This document shows positions 15,101 to 28,800 of a stretch of DNA of 64,000 nt, one piece after another (the stretch's first letter is position 1; every line of letters starts with the position of its first letter). The DNA is from Paraspadella gotoi (taxonomy: Eukaryota > Animalia > Chaetognatha), in assembly GCA_051294375.1 (NCBI GenBank), contig CM119263.1, positions 28,336,549 through 28,400,548 of the forward strand, written 5' to 3'. Under the pieces are notes generated by a model that was given only the letters and a program-made list of their open reading frames with translations, did not search any database and was not told the DNA's origin. Both the position numbers and the translations under genes were made by a program.

Positions 15101-18100
15101 CCGAGGACACTCAATACAAAATACGATTATCCCGACCGGCAGATCCGGGCCCAGCCAATAGAATACCACTCACTATACAAAACATGGCTTATACACGTCC
15201 ATCTCTTACGTTCCCTTAGAACGCAGGTCCCTGATCATGACCAATGTGTCGTTCGAATTCTCCACGCCCCGTGATATCTGCGCGTCTAGCGCGATCGTCT
15301 TGCCCCCTCTGTTAGTCTCTTTCTAGTTATCCTTGAAGAGACCAATTCATTGTTATGTACGATAGATCGACCAAAAAACCCGTTCCAATAACAATCTGTA
15401 AAAGGCAAATAGGACGAGCCTACTTGTTGATGATAACCAAATATTTGCATTCCGTCCGATGATACACACATATTCGATTGCGCATGATAACCCAAACCTA
15501 TTTGCACTGCGACCATGCATAACCGGAACGGATTCATCGCGCATGAGAACCAAACTGCCATGGCCATGCAGCATCAGCTCATTATTGCACTCGGACCTGC
15601 ACTACATCACCTTTCATTGATGCGATGATAGTTCTTCCATTGCATGCAAGATGAAATCATTTCATTGATGCGATGCATACTCAGTCATTTGGCATGCCGC
15701 ATCGATAGTCATTTGATCGGATGCTCCACGACCTCCACCTTGCACCGCTGAGCCCGCTGCGACTCTTGCCACAAACCACCAGTCACTCGCACTCATCTCC
15801 TTCAACCACCAACCACACACGCTCCATCGCATACTTTCCTCGGGTTACACACATCATAACCCTCTCTCCTCTAAAGTACCTGCATCACTTTTTCACACAC
15901 CACCAGTCCCCAGTGAGCACTGCCTATCTCTCCATCACTCTTCACTACTACCCTACTCTCTTTGGCCACTGATGAACGGTTGGTGGATTTTAATCCACCA
16001 TAAGACCTCCTTTATTTGAGTACCAGTAAACCATAATACGCAAAAATCAGAGAGGAACATTTCTTTGCATTAGCTTTAAAAGCCATCTTTGTTGAACATT
16101 TTACTACAATCTGTATAAGTAGATATTTTCAAGATTTATTGTTTTCTCCCACGCGGGATTCCCTCTACATAAAGTTCCTACCACATGAAAACACTTTTTT
16201 AAAAATTTTTTAATTTACCCATCCAAACAATTTTTTTTAAGTTAGTCCCAAAAGAGCTGGACCTCCCTGTCATCGCAGAGGAATCAATCTCAAGAAAGGC
16301 AGTGATTTTGATTCGGGTAGTTTTAACAATGAAATTGAAACTTAAATAACTATTAATTCTTTTTTCCCACTGATAAATATGAAACACTCTTTATTTAAAA
16401 AAATGGTTAGCATTAGTTATCTTCCCCTTATAACATAGAGCTATAAATTTAAGCAAAAAACTACAAAGTCAGGGTTATATATTTAAGGACTTGGGAAATG
16501 GGAATTAAATTTTTTAATAATTATAAGGAGCTAATAAAAAAATATAATGTTACTGATGTTAATCTATTTTCAAAAAAGATTATACATGCCAGTTCCTAAT
16601 AAAAATGATAAGGAAAAAATAACAAAAATAAACCACTAAATAATAATTATAATAATAACATCAATATTATTTAAATAACTTATTTAACTTATTTAACTTA
16701 TTTAACTCTCTGATTTAATTTATTTTTTAACTTTTACCAATTAACTTAATGTTAACTTTACATTAATATACCCTTAATTATTAACTTATTATTAAACTAA
16801 TTATTTAACTTATTTTATTTATTTACAAATTACAAATTATTACAAAACCTGAATAAAATTTCTCTAAAATTAATAATGCTGTGATGCTAGAGCTTTGGTC
16901 TGTTTCAGATAAACATTCAAGATATACATTTAAAATATAAGATAGGCAACAATGAAGGATCACCATTTGGTGATGGCTCGCCTATACCTGGATATTGGGA
17001 TTAAAGAGCCGAAATCCATGAAGGGTATAGGTTCCCAACTGATGACCTTCCCATTGTATAAAAATAAAAGATAAAAAATATTCAAAAAAGAAATAATTAA
17101 AAGGTAGAATAAAGAAAAAATATAGTTTTTTAAAATTGTATTCATGACATAAAGGTGCCCCTATAGACCTTTCCCCGGTATGTATCCCTATCAGAACATA
17201 CAATTCTACATGGTAGTCTTATCCCTATTGGTAAATAAAAAATCATATATAACTTTGGTCACCCCTCAAAAATTATCCATTCCCACCCCTTTCTGTTCAG
17301 CCTCCTTTGATATTATGATTTTTCATTAATGACTTTCTAACAGAAATGATGTGTGATATCTATTAGAAAACTAGGACAGATAGTAATCTAACCTTGTTGT
17401 TGTATAGATGCTCCCTCTATTTCCAGAAGACAACACTGACTTCCCCTTCCAAATTGAATTATTAGATAAATAAAACATTTTTAAGAAAGAAAGCAATATA
17501 TTTTGATTAAATAATAAGATTAAATACTAAATCCTTCATAAATATAAAAATAGAAAATAGTGAAACAAGTAATTTGCAAATTTTCATAGAACTCACTGGG
17601 TGAATTTCTATGCTTTCAAAACACGGTAAGACATGATTTCTTTCACGTTAAACATTCCAATTACGGTATCAGACTATATTAAGAAGAAACTAAAAACGAT
17701 TTTTCATGGTAAGAACAACTTTTAAAGATAAAATTGTTCGTAAGATCGGTCGCGTTTTTTAGATATACTACTGCTTAGGCAAAAATTCGGCATGCTATAT
17801 TATGAAACATTTTTTCTTGTTTTCCACTTTTCTTTTTTTCTTTCTTTCTCGAACTTTCTCTCTAACTCTCTCTTTTTCTCTTTCTTTCTGTGTGAAGTAT
17901 TTTGATTCTTCACGCTCCCATAATAAGCGTTAAAATCAACAAATTTTTGCGGAAATTTTTCTCCAACGATCTTGGCGTTCAAATCTCTAGACAAAGGTCA
18001 AAATGGACAAAAATTGACATAATTTTTTTTATTAAAAGTAGCAAAAATGATATAGATTCTTGATTAGGAAATGCAGCAGATGATTTAAATTAATCCGTAA

Positions 18101-21100
18101 TCGAACCCACTTCTTCTTAGGGTTCAAATTTAATCAATTTTGTTGATAATATTCTACCAATATTGCAAAAAGTTTTTTTTTTTTTTGCTGAATTCCTCGA
18201 TCAAAATGACTGCCGAAACGAAATCGGATCAGCGACTCGAGTAAAATCCGCCGGAATCGAATCATTGGTGAAGAGACAAATCTTCCGCCTTTAATTTCTA
18301 CCCTTACCTCCGATCCGATGGGAGCATATAAATATTATAAATGGGCACCAATTTTGCATTGATTCACTCTTCCTGGAAATTGACACCGTCTTGTAATATT
18401 TTGTTTTTTGAAGAAATAAAATCCACTTTGGTTTCCCTTAGAAATCCCTGTCTACTACCTAAATGCTGTATTTGTAGTAAAAAGAAATTCATATGGTCAT
18501 TGGTCATTAAGATTCCCGAGTAAGAAGAAGGAAGAAATCCCAAGGGAGGAATCACGTAGGTGAAATCCCGAGCGGGGAGAGACCCGTGTGGGAGGAATCC
18601 CGTACGGGAGGAATCCCGTTTTGGAGGAATCCTGTGTGAGAGGAATCCCGTGTGCGAGGAATCCCGTGTGGGAGGAATCTCGCTGGAACCCTTTGATTTA
18701 ACGTAATCTCATTTTATTTGTAAACAAAGCTTTTTGACTTTATTAATCTTGAGTAGTTAATATAAAATTAATAAAATTAAATCAATGACCAAATTCTTTG
18801 AAACGAGGGTTTCCCAAACTCAATTGATCTATTCAGTAATTTGAGTTTAAAGATTACTCACACCCCAGGCATCAAACACGTCCCTCTTTTGCCTAATAGT
18901 TCATATGACTCGTTCTGATTGACTCTGCTTTTTCTTCCAGAACCTTCAAGCCCGAGGACGAGCTTATCCTGAAGATAGACATAGAAGGTTCCGAATATCC
19001 GGTTCTCCACGCGCTCATCGACACTGGCGCTTATCGCCTTGTTGACAAATGGTATCCTGAAAACTTCTTTTCTCGTTTTTAGTCGGATCTGCTAATCAGC
19101 AATCTTGTCGGGCATTCACTTAAATAATGTCAGAACCTCTAATTATTATAAATTATGCCAAAATGATACCCGTTCGTCCGTCTTTCTCTGTCCGTCCGTC
19201 CAACCCTTAACAAAAAACTACTATTACTCGTGATTGCATGGATGGATTGGAATGAAATTTTGAGGACTGTTGACTCTCGGTATTATTAATATGATTGCCA
19301 ATATTAAAAATATTTGTAACATTTTTATCATTGAGATGGGAGTGAAGAATAATTTACCTCGCTTAGGCTCATTATCTGAGTCTCTCTTTTCCTGGTGAAC
19401 CTTTCAATTTTTAGTCTGGTTTCCTGTGATATTGTCATTCGAATCATTGAAACGTCTGCCAGTATGAAAATAAGTTTCTTGGATGCAATAATAAAATATT
19501 CATTGAAGAGACAGTAATTATTGTTATGTGTTAGTGACTAAACCGTTCAATATAAGCAGTCCCTGAGCTTCGGATCAGGCTGTAACACCATGTTACAGGC
19601 GGGTTAAGCGCCCCGTCCCTCTTAACTGCTAGGCGACCACCGGGCTAGAACCCCGGACTTCCCTACCCACAAACAAAATTTCATTGTAATCCATCCATCC
19701 AATCACGAATAATTGGAGTATAATGCTAAGGGGGACGGACAGACGGACGGATAGACACTATTTTTTTGCATAATTACTCCAATTATGAATAATTAAAGTA
19801 ATTTCCACTCGCATGATTCCATCTAATCTTTATATCTAGCTTAGTCCCACACTTTCCTTTCCACACACAAAATTTCATCTCAATCTATCCATCCAATTAT
19901 TATTCATTAGTATAATTATGTGTTAAAATTAGTAAAAAGATTCAAGTAAATGTGACTTATCTTTTTTCCATTTAAACTAGAGGTCCCAGAAATATCATAC
20001 ATTTCTGAAAGTTCCTGATACCTGCAAAGTTTCTTGTACCAAATTTAGTAGAGAAAACGAATATCACAATAAAAAATTTCTCTGGATGCTCATTGTAGAT
20101 TTTCCATGCCAGTTTTTGCGTCGAACCACTTCCGGTTTTAAAAATTCAGGATTTTTAGAAAAAAATAAGCTGTTATTCAGCCAGCATACTTAAATTAATC
20201 AAAATAAAGTTACCAATAACCTTAATATTACATTTTTTGTTTTGGTTTATAAATAATGTTATAAAAATATTATTACAAAAGGCTTGAAGTTAAAAATTCA
20301 TACTTTTTTAAGCTAAATTGGCCCTGACTACTTCACTAATTTTAATAAAATTTTACCATCTGGTTAAACAAATAGAACTGTCTAAGGGATTTTAAATCTA
20401 TAATCTTTAAACAAAGATATTGAACTTTAAAAAGTTTACAGAGTGATGCAAAAAGAAAGTAGCGAATTAGGTGGAAGGCGATTTGGCCTTTGCAGCTAGC
20501 AAGCCTCTCACTCAACCCAAACCCTAAACCGGGCCCTAAGCAAAACCTTATTCTTAATCAGTTTCCCTCGCTTGGGATATCTAACCTAACCCTAGCCCTA
20601 ACAGCTCTGAGCCTCAACTCTAACCCTAATATCTGTCATGCAAGCCTCTCCCTTACCACTAACCCTCCCGGCCATCAATAAGGCCAAACTTTAATCCTAA
20701 ATTTCTTTCCTCAGTACCTTCCCTAACCCTAACCAAAGCTTCCTGTCGTTTTCTGAGCCTGTCCAAATTGCATAATTGCAATACTTAATCATAGCAACCT
20801 GGCCAAATGATAATTTTGCTGTTAGCTATATTTGTGCCATCAAGGTTGAGTACCTTAATGTTAATTTTTAATTTAGGGGTAGGGCAAGGCTTGCTGACAG
20901 ACATGAGGCCTGAATAAGGGAAAAGTAGTGGCCAGGGATGTTAGGGATTAAGGTTTAGCCTTGGCAATGGCTATGAGGCTGGGTTAGGATTGAGGTTGAG
21001 GGAAAGGGATGGACAGGAATTGGCAAAGGCTGTGAGGTTAGTTTTAATCCTTAATTTCCTTCCCAAGTACCTTTCCTAACCCTAACCCAAGCTTACTGTC

Positions 21101-24100
21101 CTTTTCTGAGCCTGTCCAAATTGCAAAATCGCAATACTTCATCAGGCTTGTACTAGAGACATTAAGATTAGGGTTGAGGCTTGCAAATGAATAAAAGGCC
21201 CGTGTTAAGATTAAGGTTATCAAAGTAGCTTGCTGGAGAAGTCATGAGCTGAGAAGACTTATTATGACCTAGTTTAGGGTTAAGGTTGAGTGGGAGGCTT
21301 GCTAGCCACAAAGGCCAAAGAGCCTTCTATCTAATTTGCTACTTTTTTTTGGCATCATTTAGCAAACCTTTAAAGGCCAATATCTTGGCTTAAGGATTAA
21401 ATATTTAAAATCCCTTAGAGAGTTCTATTTGTATAACCAAATCTTACTTTCTTATAAAATCTTATTAGAATTTGTAGAGTAATTTGGTCAGGGATGATTT
21501 GACTTAAAAAAATTTAATAATTTTTAATTTGAAGTCTTTCGTAATCATAATTTTTTAACCTTATTTATAAACTACAACAAAAAATTTAGTAATAAGGTTA
21601 GTAGTAAATTTATTTTGATGAATTAAAATATGCCAGCTGAATAACAGCTCATTTTTTCCCAAAATCATGATTTTTTAAAACCGACGCAAAAACTGGCGTG
21701 GAAAATCCATAAAGAGCATTCAGGGAAATTTTTTATTGTGATATTCGTTTTCTCTACGAAATTTGGCACAAGAAACCTTGCAGGTATCAGGAACTTTCAA
21801 AAATGCATGGTATTTCTGGGAGCTCTACTGCATATATAATGTTGGCTATACCTGTCCCTGCTAAATCCTAATACCTTTTTTATATTTACCTGGAAAAGTG
21901 AGACAATTATCTATCTGGCTTACAAATTTTGAAGGAAAGTATATTCCAGGTCTTATGTAAGGAGGGTTCAAGAGTCTGTGTAATAAAGGTAATTGTTATT
22001 ACTTTAATCTAATTTTACATTAAATGATAGATTTATTTACCCTTTGGAATTGTTTTTGGCAGACATAATACAATAAGATGATGATCTGAATAATAAAATG
22101 GAAGTACTTGAATGGAATTATAATTCAAATGTGTAATATTGGTTTAAATTTGATCTATTAAATGATTGTAAATAGTTGTTCTAAATTTAATAATTGGTTT
22201 AAATCCAAACTGTTGCACAATTTTAATCATACTATTATTTTGGAACATGTTTAAATTAAAGTCGCCTATTACGAAAGATGGCTCATTATTCATTACTCTA
22301 CAAAATCATAACTGGTGTTCAAAAAATAATTTTTACTATTTTGTTTCTATATATGATATATGATTTAAATGATTTGATCAGACATAAAATAAGAAATAAA
22401 ATAAAATAAATATATGAAAATATAAAATAGTAAAACAGATAATTTTGCATATTTTCAAAGCATAGGAAAAAAATATTTGCTAAAAAATATCAAAAAAAAT
22501 TATTTTTTCAAATATTTAAGTTAAAAAAATTTAAAATAAACACTTGCAAGTGAAGATCTAGTGGGTTTTAGATAAAGTTTTTTGAATTTTCCTTTATCTT
22601 ACAGTAGTAACAGCGTGTTTTTTTCCTTTCTGTTTCGTTGTGATTTGATTTAGAACAAAGTTTGAAGAGAGATTTAACAACGATTTTTATTTCATAGTGA
22701 AACGGACATGTTTCGACTCACATACGAGTCTTCTTCAGCGCCAATTCAATTTCAACACAAATTGAATTGGCGCTGAAGAAGACTCGTATGTGAGTCGAAA
22801 CATGTCCGTTTCACTATGAAATAAAAATCGTTGTTAAATCTCTCTTCAAACTTTGTTCTAAAGTAGTAACAGCATAACAGTAACAGTATAATACATTTTA
22901 TTTGATTTAATGCAATGGAGCATCCAATGTTAATCTACTGTGTTTTTGGGCCGGCAATCTTTGCATGGCCTTAAAAAAGAAAAAAAACTAAACAGTAAAC
23001 AATTGTCATCTCTAGGTACGGAGAATTGCATAGATGGTGCAACGTTGCCACGCCAAAAGAGTGGAAAGCTCTGGATGATAAACTGATCAAGAATGGAATC
23101 CGAGTGTGGGATTGGATTGGAGAAATGTGAGAACGTAAAAGAAGTGGGAGGGTTTTACTTTTAGTCAGCGTAGGGTAATCTTTATACTTCCTGTAGAGCA
23201 GGTACCAAGTTGGGATTAAACCAAGTGCTTATGAACTAAAAGCTTTATTCCATGAGCCTTTAGTGCCACACAGATAGGACAAATTGGCCTTTTCAAACAT
23301 TGATGCCCCCTTGCCGTATGACGGAGCAGCGAATCTCTTCTCCGCTCTTTCTGAGCTGGATGACGTAGATTATTTGACGTAATTTGAACGATGGATTAAT
23401 TGTTTAGGGTTTTGGTTTAGGATAAGGTTAGTTTAGAAGATAGATATTAGGGATTAGGGTAGGGATTAGGATTAGGGTAAGGGAATAGGGTCATTTTTCC
23501 CGACGCTACTTTTGCAACAACAAAATTCTGGTTTGCTGGGTGACTTAGCGAGAGAAAGAATTAAGCCTCCGCCAGGATCAGGATTGACAGAAACGACAAC
23601 GATAATTTGAATGATGGAGGAAGCAGTTGGGACGGTGAGAGCGACGACAAAAGGAGGATGCATAAAACGACGATGAAAGTAGCAAAAGATACGATTTTTG
23701 TCCGTGTGTTTGAGCCCGCTGCTTTAGGAGCCGCAGCAAGGGGGCTTCCTTGAAAAAAAGTGCCCATAACAGGTGAGTTAGAGGTTACGTCACCTAGGCA
23801 ATTCCCGCTAAATTCAAAACAAAATTTAAAAAATAATCATTTTACAGATGGTATTATGAAGACATGAACAATCTTAATCCGCCCCCTGATTTCCCTATGG
23901 CACCTGGTTATCCTGGTCAACTTCTCAACTCATGCAAATCAGGTAAACCTTGTGATGAAGAGGATTATTTTGACATGTCTGTTATGTTTAATATAATAAT
24001 ACATTAATGCTATTATTAAACGCAATGAAAGGATAAGATATGACAATGTTTAATGCATCAAAACCCCCTGTGTTCTAGCAGAAAAAGATCAAAAGTCTGT

Positions 24101-24960
24101 TGCTTTGGGGGTGGCCGTTGGTCTCTCTCCGAAAAGGGCGCAAGTCATGGTCAATAGGTTGCGCGCCTACTTTAACGATCGAAAGGACGCCTTAAACAAC
24201 AAACCTAAACTATTCAACGTTACTCTTTTTCTGTATTCGGATTTTGTGGAGCTCTATCCGCGAATCGTTGCCGAATGGGCACGCCAGTTTCCGATTGCTT
24301 CCAGAGGTAAAAGGGGAAATAAGTCCAAGACGGGCTGACAGGAAGCAAATGAACACTGATAAAGAAAAAAATAGAAAAGGGGGGAAACCAATTTTGTTTG
24401 CTTGCTTTAAATAACGAATATATTCAAATTCATAATTCACTTTGGTGGTCCATCGGTCCCACCCCAAAATCTTGTGGGTAAATAATTTTTATCATATCAG
24501 AATATCGAATTACGATAATTATGCAAAAAAAACTATGTCCGTCTTTCCGGCCGTCCGTCAGTCTGTCCGTTCGTCTGTCCGCCCCCCCCCTTAGCATAAA
24601 ACTTCAATTACTCGTGATTGGATGAATGAATTGGATTGAGATTTTGTGGGTGGGTAGGAAATTGTGTGATTGAGCTAGATATAAAGTTTCGATGGAATCG
24701 TGCGAGTGAAAATGAGTTTAAATAGAAAAAACAAAAGTCATATTTACTTGAAGCATTTACTTATATTTACTTATATTTGTTATATTTATTAAAAATATGA
24801 TAGTGTGGCAGGAGATGTTTAAGGCACAAGGTTTTGATCGAGAATGATTTATTCTCCAACGTAAAATAATAACAATAACAATAAAATCGATAAGTCTAAA
24901 CAAAGAGACAATAATGGACATTGTAAGTTCAACGAGGACAACTCGGTGAAATCCGAGGTT

Positions 24961-25039
<79 letters not shown>

Positions 25040-25842
25040 GTTTCGCGGGGTCACAGAAGGTTGTGTGTGGTTACTGCCACAATATATTAATTGAAATGAA
25101 ATTTTGTGGGTGGGTAAGAAAGTAATATTTACTTTATTTTTACTTATATTTACTCATAATGGTTAGACTTATTTAAAATTGGATAAATAAATTGAAATGA
25201 AATTTTGTGAGTGGGTCGGAAAGTATGTGATTAAGCTGGATATTAATTTTAGATGGAATCGTAGGAGTGGAAAAGAGTTTAAAAGAGAAAACCAAATGTA
25301 GCCATAGGCGATGAAATTTAAATGCTAATTTATACAGCGTTAAAATAATCTATAACGAGCATAGATTATAGTATTAAAATATTTTTTGTCAAAAAATTTT
25401 TCTGAGGGTACTAGCCCAATTAAAATTAAAATTAAAATTAAAATTAAAATTTGAGAGAACTAGAAGTTATAAAAAGTGTTCAATTTTTGGCCCGCCTTAC
25501 TGGTTAGGCTTATTTTCATGTTTCAGCTTCAGAAGATATTAATATTGATACTAGGGACCAACTCCGGAGATAATATAAATTTTCGACTATTAGCAAAGTT
25601 TTTTTTGTTGTCTTGACTAAATATTTAAGCAATCATTTATATCATTTATCTTGATTAATACATTAAATATTACTTGTTTTTTTTAACATTATAATTTTTT
25701 TTCTAACAAAGTTTTGATTTAATTTGTACAACGATTTTATTTTTGTATCTTAGCAGACATGTTTCGGCTAATAAATTCGAGCCTTCATCAGCGCTTTTTT
25801 ACAGTTGTAAATTTGAACAGATTTTGTGAGTTAAAGAAAGGG

Positions 25843-25873
<31 letters not shown>

Positions 25874-28800
25874 GAGAGAGAGTGAAGAAGAAGTTCAAGG
25901 TTAAAGTTTCCAACAAGAATTGAGAAAGGACAGTGGTCAGTGGTGAGGACAGATTTTAGACAAGGCCAGTTTGAATAAGTTGTGAAAAAGAAGTGAAAAT
26001 TTGATGAGAGAGAGAGAGATAGAAAGGTGGGGAGAGAGAGAGAGGAAATATATACAATTACATTTGGCAATGTACAACAGGGATAAAGATAATGGAAACT
26101 TGAAATGTTCTGTCTAATAACAATTTGAAATAAATTAATTTGAATTAATAAGAAATTGAAGATGAAAAAGAAAATTGAAATTTATAATTAAAATTAATAA
26201 TCTGTTTTATTTATTTTTTATTATAATTTTATATTATTTTTTATTTTAAACATTTGTTTTAAAGCCTTATAAGTAGAACTGTATTTTTGTATCTTTATTT
26301 TTAAAAAATATTCTATTTGAAAGTACTAATTGATTAATCTTTTTTTTTTTAAATTTAATTTTTACGTATAATTCAATAATTAAAAATTGTAAAAAGTTGG
26401 GAGAGGTCTCAAATTAAAGTTTATGTTTTGTAGATAATGATAGATATATAAACATTCAAACTGTAAGCACACAGACAAAAATAATAAATAAATATTTTTT
26501 CAAATTTTTTTCAAGATTTAACAATTCATAGCTCCTGAACAAAATTAAAAAACTAATACCTATTTACGCCAATAGAAAGCCCAAGGTTTACTGTAGAGGA
26601 TTTAGTCTGTTTTATACCTTATTTTATATTATTTTCAAAGTTATAAAGGGAAAATAAAAAAATGTGACTTAAAAATGCCGAGAATTCGCTTTTTTAAACA
26701 TCAATAATTGGAAAAGTATTTTTTGGATTTTTAAAAATAAAGTATGTAAAATGAAGTATTTTTTCCGCTTTTTAAATTGACGCAGGTTAAATTTGATTCC
26801 GACTGATATTTTTTAAGATATCTATCATTTTTAATGAAAAAAAACGGTTTTTTGCAAATTTTGAAGAGTTGCAAGCACTTATTGATCGATTTTTCAAAAA
26901 ACAAAGATAGAAAAAAATTAGTAGCATATAGGGGACTAATTTGTACTATAGTGCTAAATTCTGTAAAAAACTTTATAAAATTTGCTAAGGCCTAATGACC
27001 ACTGAGCGTTGCATGCTCTGCTATAGCGGACATAATATGCCCACGCGCGTCTCTGTAGGGTCTGACGTGCTGCTGGAAACGGTCTGAGAGAGACTTGTCT
27101 GTCTCGCCCACATATGCTGCTGCACAGGGTTGGTTGCCCGAAACATGTCTGCTAAGATACAAAAATAAAATCGTTGTACAAATTAAATCAAAACTTTGTT
27201 ATTCTCTCAAAAACAAAGAAAGAAAGGATTATACCATGAATTTTTTTTCTTAAAATCTTAAAATTTTTTGATGAATTCTGATAGAGCATAAAAAGTTAAA
27301 CAAGAAATATAATTACAGCTTTTAAAAATTCTTATGTTTTCTGAGCAAAAATCTAAAAAAACTGATAAAATCATCAAAAGATGATAATGATGACAATTTT
27401 TTATGGTTTTTCTTATTTTTGACATATTTATGATAAAAATATTTAAAAAAGAATTATACTTAATATGAGCTATCTGAATCTGGTCTTAAAATTTAAAATT
27501 TCTTAAAAAAATTTTGGGCCTTTCCTATCTATAAATGAATATATAAAAATTTTTTTGTCCATAGATAGTATACTTAAAAATGTATAAATTTTCGTTTGAG
27601 CTTGTACCCACTCTAAATTTTTGACTCACCCCATTGAGTTTCTCTCTCTCTATCTCTCTCTGATTGATTGATTGACCAAATTATTCCAGTTGACCAAACT
27701 TTATCAGTTGACCAAATTATGCCAGTTGACCAAATTATGCCGGTTGATAAAATTATGCCAGTTTAGCAAATTATGCCAGTTTAGAAAATTATGTCAGTTG
27801 ATCATATAAAGCCAGTTGACCAAATAAAGCCAGTTGACCAAATTATGCCAGTTGACCAAATTATGCCAGTTGACAAAATTATGCCAGCTGCAAAAATAAT
27901 GCCAGTTGACCAAATTATGCAAGTTGACCACATTTTGCAAGTTGACTTAATTATGCAAGTTGAAAAAATTATATCAGTTGACCAAATTATGCCAGTTGAC
28001 AGAATTATGCCGGTTGACCAAATTATGCCAGTTGACAAAATAAAGCCTGTTGACCAAATTATGCCAGTTGACAAAATTATGCCAGTTGAGAAAATAATGC
28101 AAGTTTACCAAATTATGCAAGTTGACCACATTTTGCAAGTTGACTAAACTATGCAAGTTGAAAAAATTATATCAGTTGACCAAATTATGCCAGTCAGGGA
28201 TGTGGAGCCGAGCCTTTTGTTTTTTCCATCTTAACTCATTTCCACTCGGACGATTCCTTCGAAACTTTTTTTCCTGCTCAATCACACACTTTCCTACCCA
28301 CACACAAAATTTCATTTCAATCCATCCATCAAATCACGAGTAATTGGTGTTTTTTGCTAAGGTGGGACGGACAGACGAACAGACAGATGGACCGACATCA
28401 TTTTTTTTGCATAATTTATCATAATTCGATGTTCTGACCTGATATAAGTGAATGCCCGACAAGATTGGCGGGGCAGAACGACGGACCGACAAAGTGAATT
28501 ATACAGCCGGAATCTGCTGTAAGCAGATCTGGCTAAAAAGGTGAAAATAATTGACAAAATTTGTAAGCCAAAAAACTTATTGCATAATTTTAATTTCCAT
28601 TTATCTCTGTTGTTTCCATTATGGTGGACTAAAATCCACCAACCGTTTATCAGCGGCCATTGGTGCCGGAGGCAAGTCATTCGCCTCACAACCCAAAGGT
28701 CCGGGGTTCTAGCCCGGGGGTCACCTAGCAGTTAAGAGGGACGGGGCGCTTAACCTGCCTGTAACACGGTGTTACAGCCTGATCCGAAGCTCAGGGACTG

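Larger units (their letters stand above)
22649..22862. mobile_element. ~214-bp palindrome of two divergent minimal hammerheads (Penelope-like pLTR remnant); mirror copy 5010-5225
   Basis: ~100-bp arms are reverse complements around a short spacer; each arm has CTGAAGA-stem II-GAAACATGTC followed by AATAAA. Confidence 0.85.
3845..23954. repeat. ~8-kb inverted duplication (3845-11824 vs 15963-23954), plus 3428-3844 inverted at ~13865-14280 and a tandem duplicate across the N gap (11821-12780 / 12806-13870)
   Basis: Arm ends match as reverse complements; differences are mostly 1-bp indels. Confidence 0.9.

Noticed and set aside
14281-15962. Cluster of 60-93-aa ORFs between the inverted arms
   Set aside because: No domain motifs; contains garbled versions of repeats seen at 1-1400 and looks like unpolished read sequence.
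20500-21300. Interstitial telomere (CCCTAA/TTAGGG motifs; also 4315-4392, 23405-23482, 42375-42525)
   Set aside because: Scattered degenerate motifs in transposon interiors or minisatellites, not tandem telomeric arrays.
27791-28147. 118-aa VDQIMP-repeat ORF / CRISPR-like periodicity
   Set aside because: An 18-bp tandem minisatellite next to a DINE-like element; there are no unique spacers and it is open on both strands only because the unit is a multiple of 3.
28652-28724. Functional tRNA genes (here and at 36500-36572)
   Set aside because: Anticodon or acceptor stems are broken and the sequences sit inside repeated elements; treated as tRNA-derived promoter cassettes.
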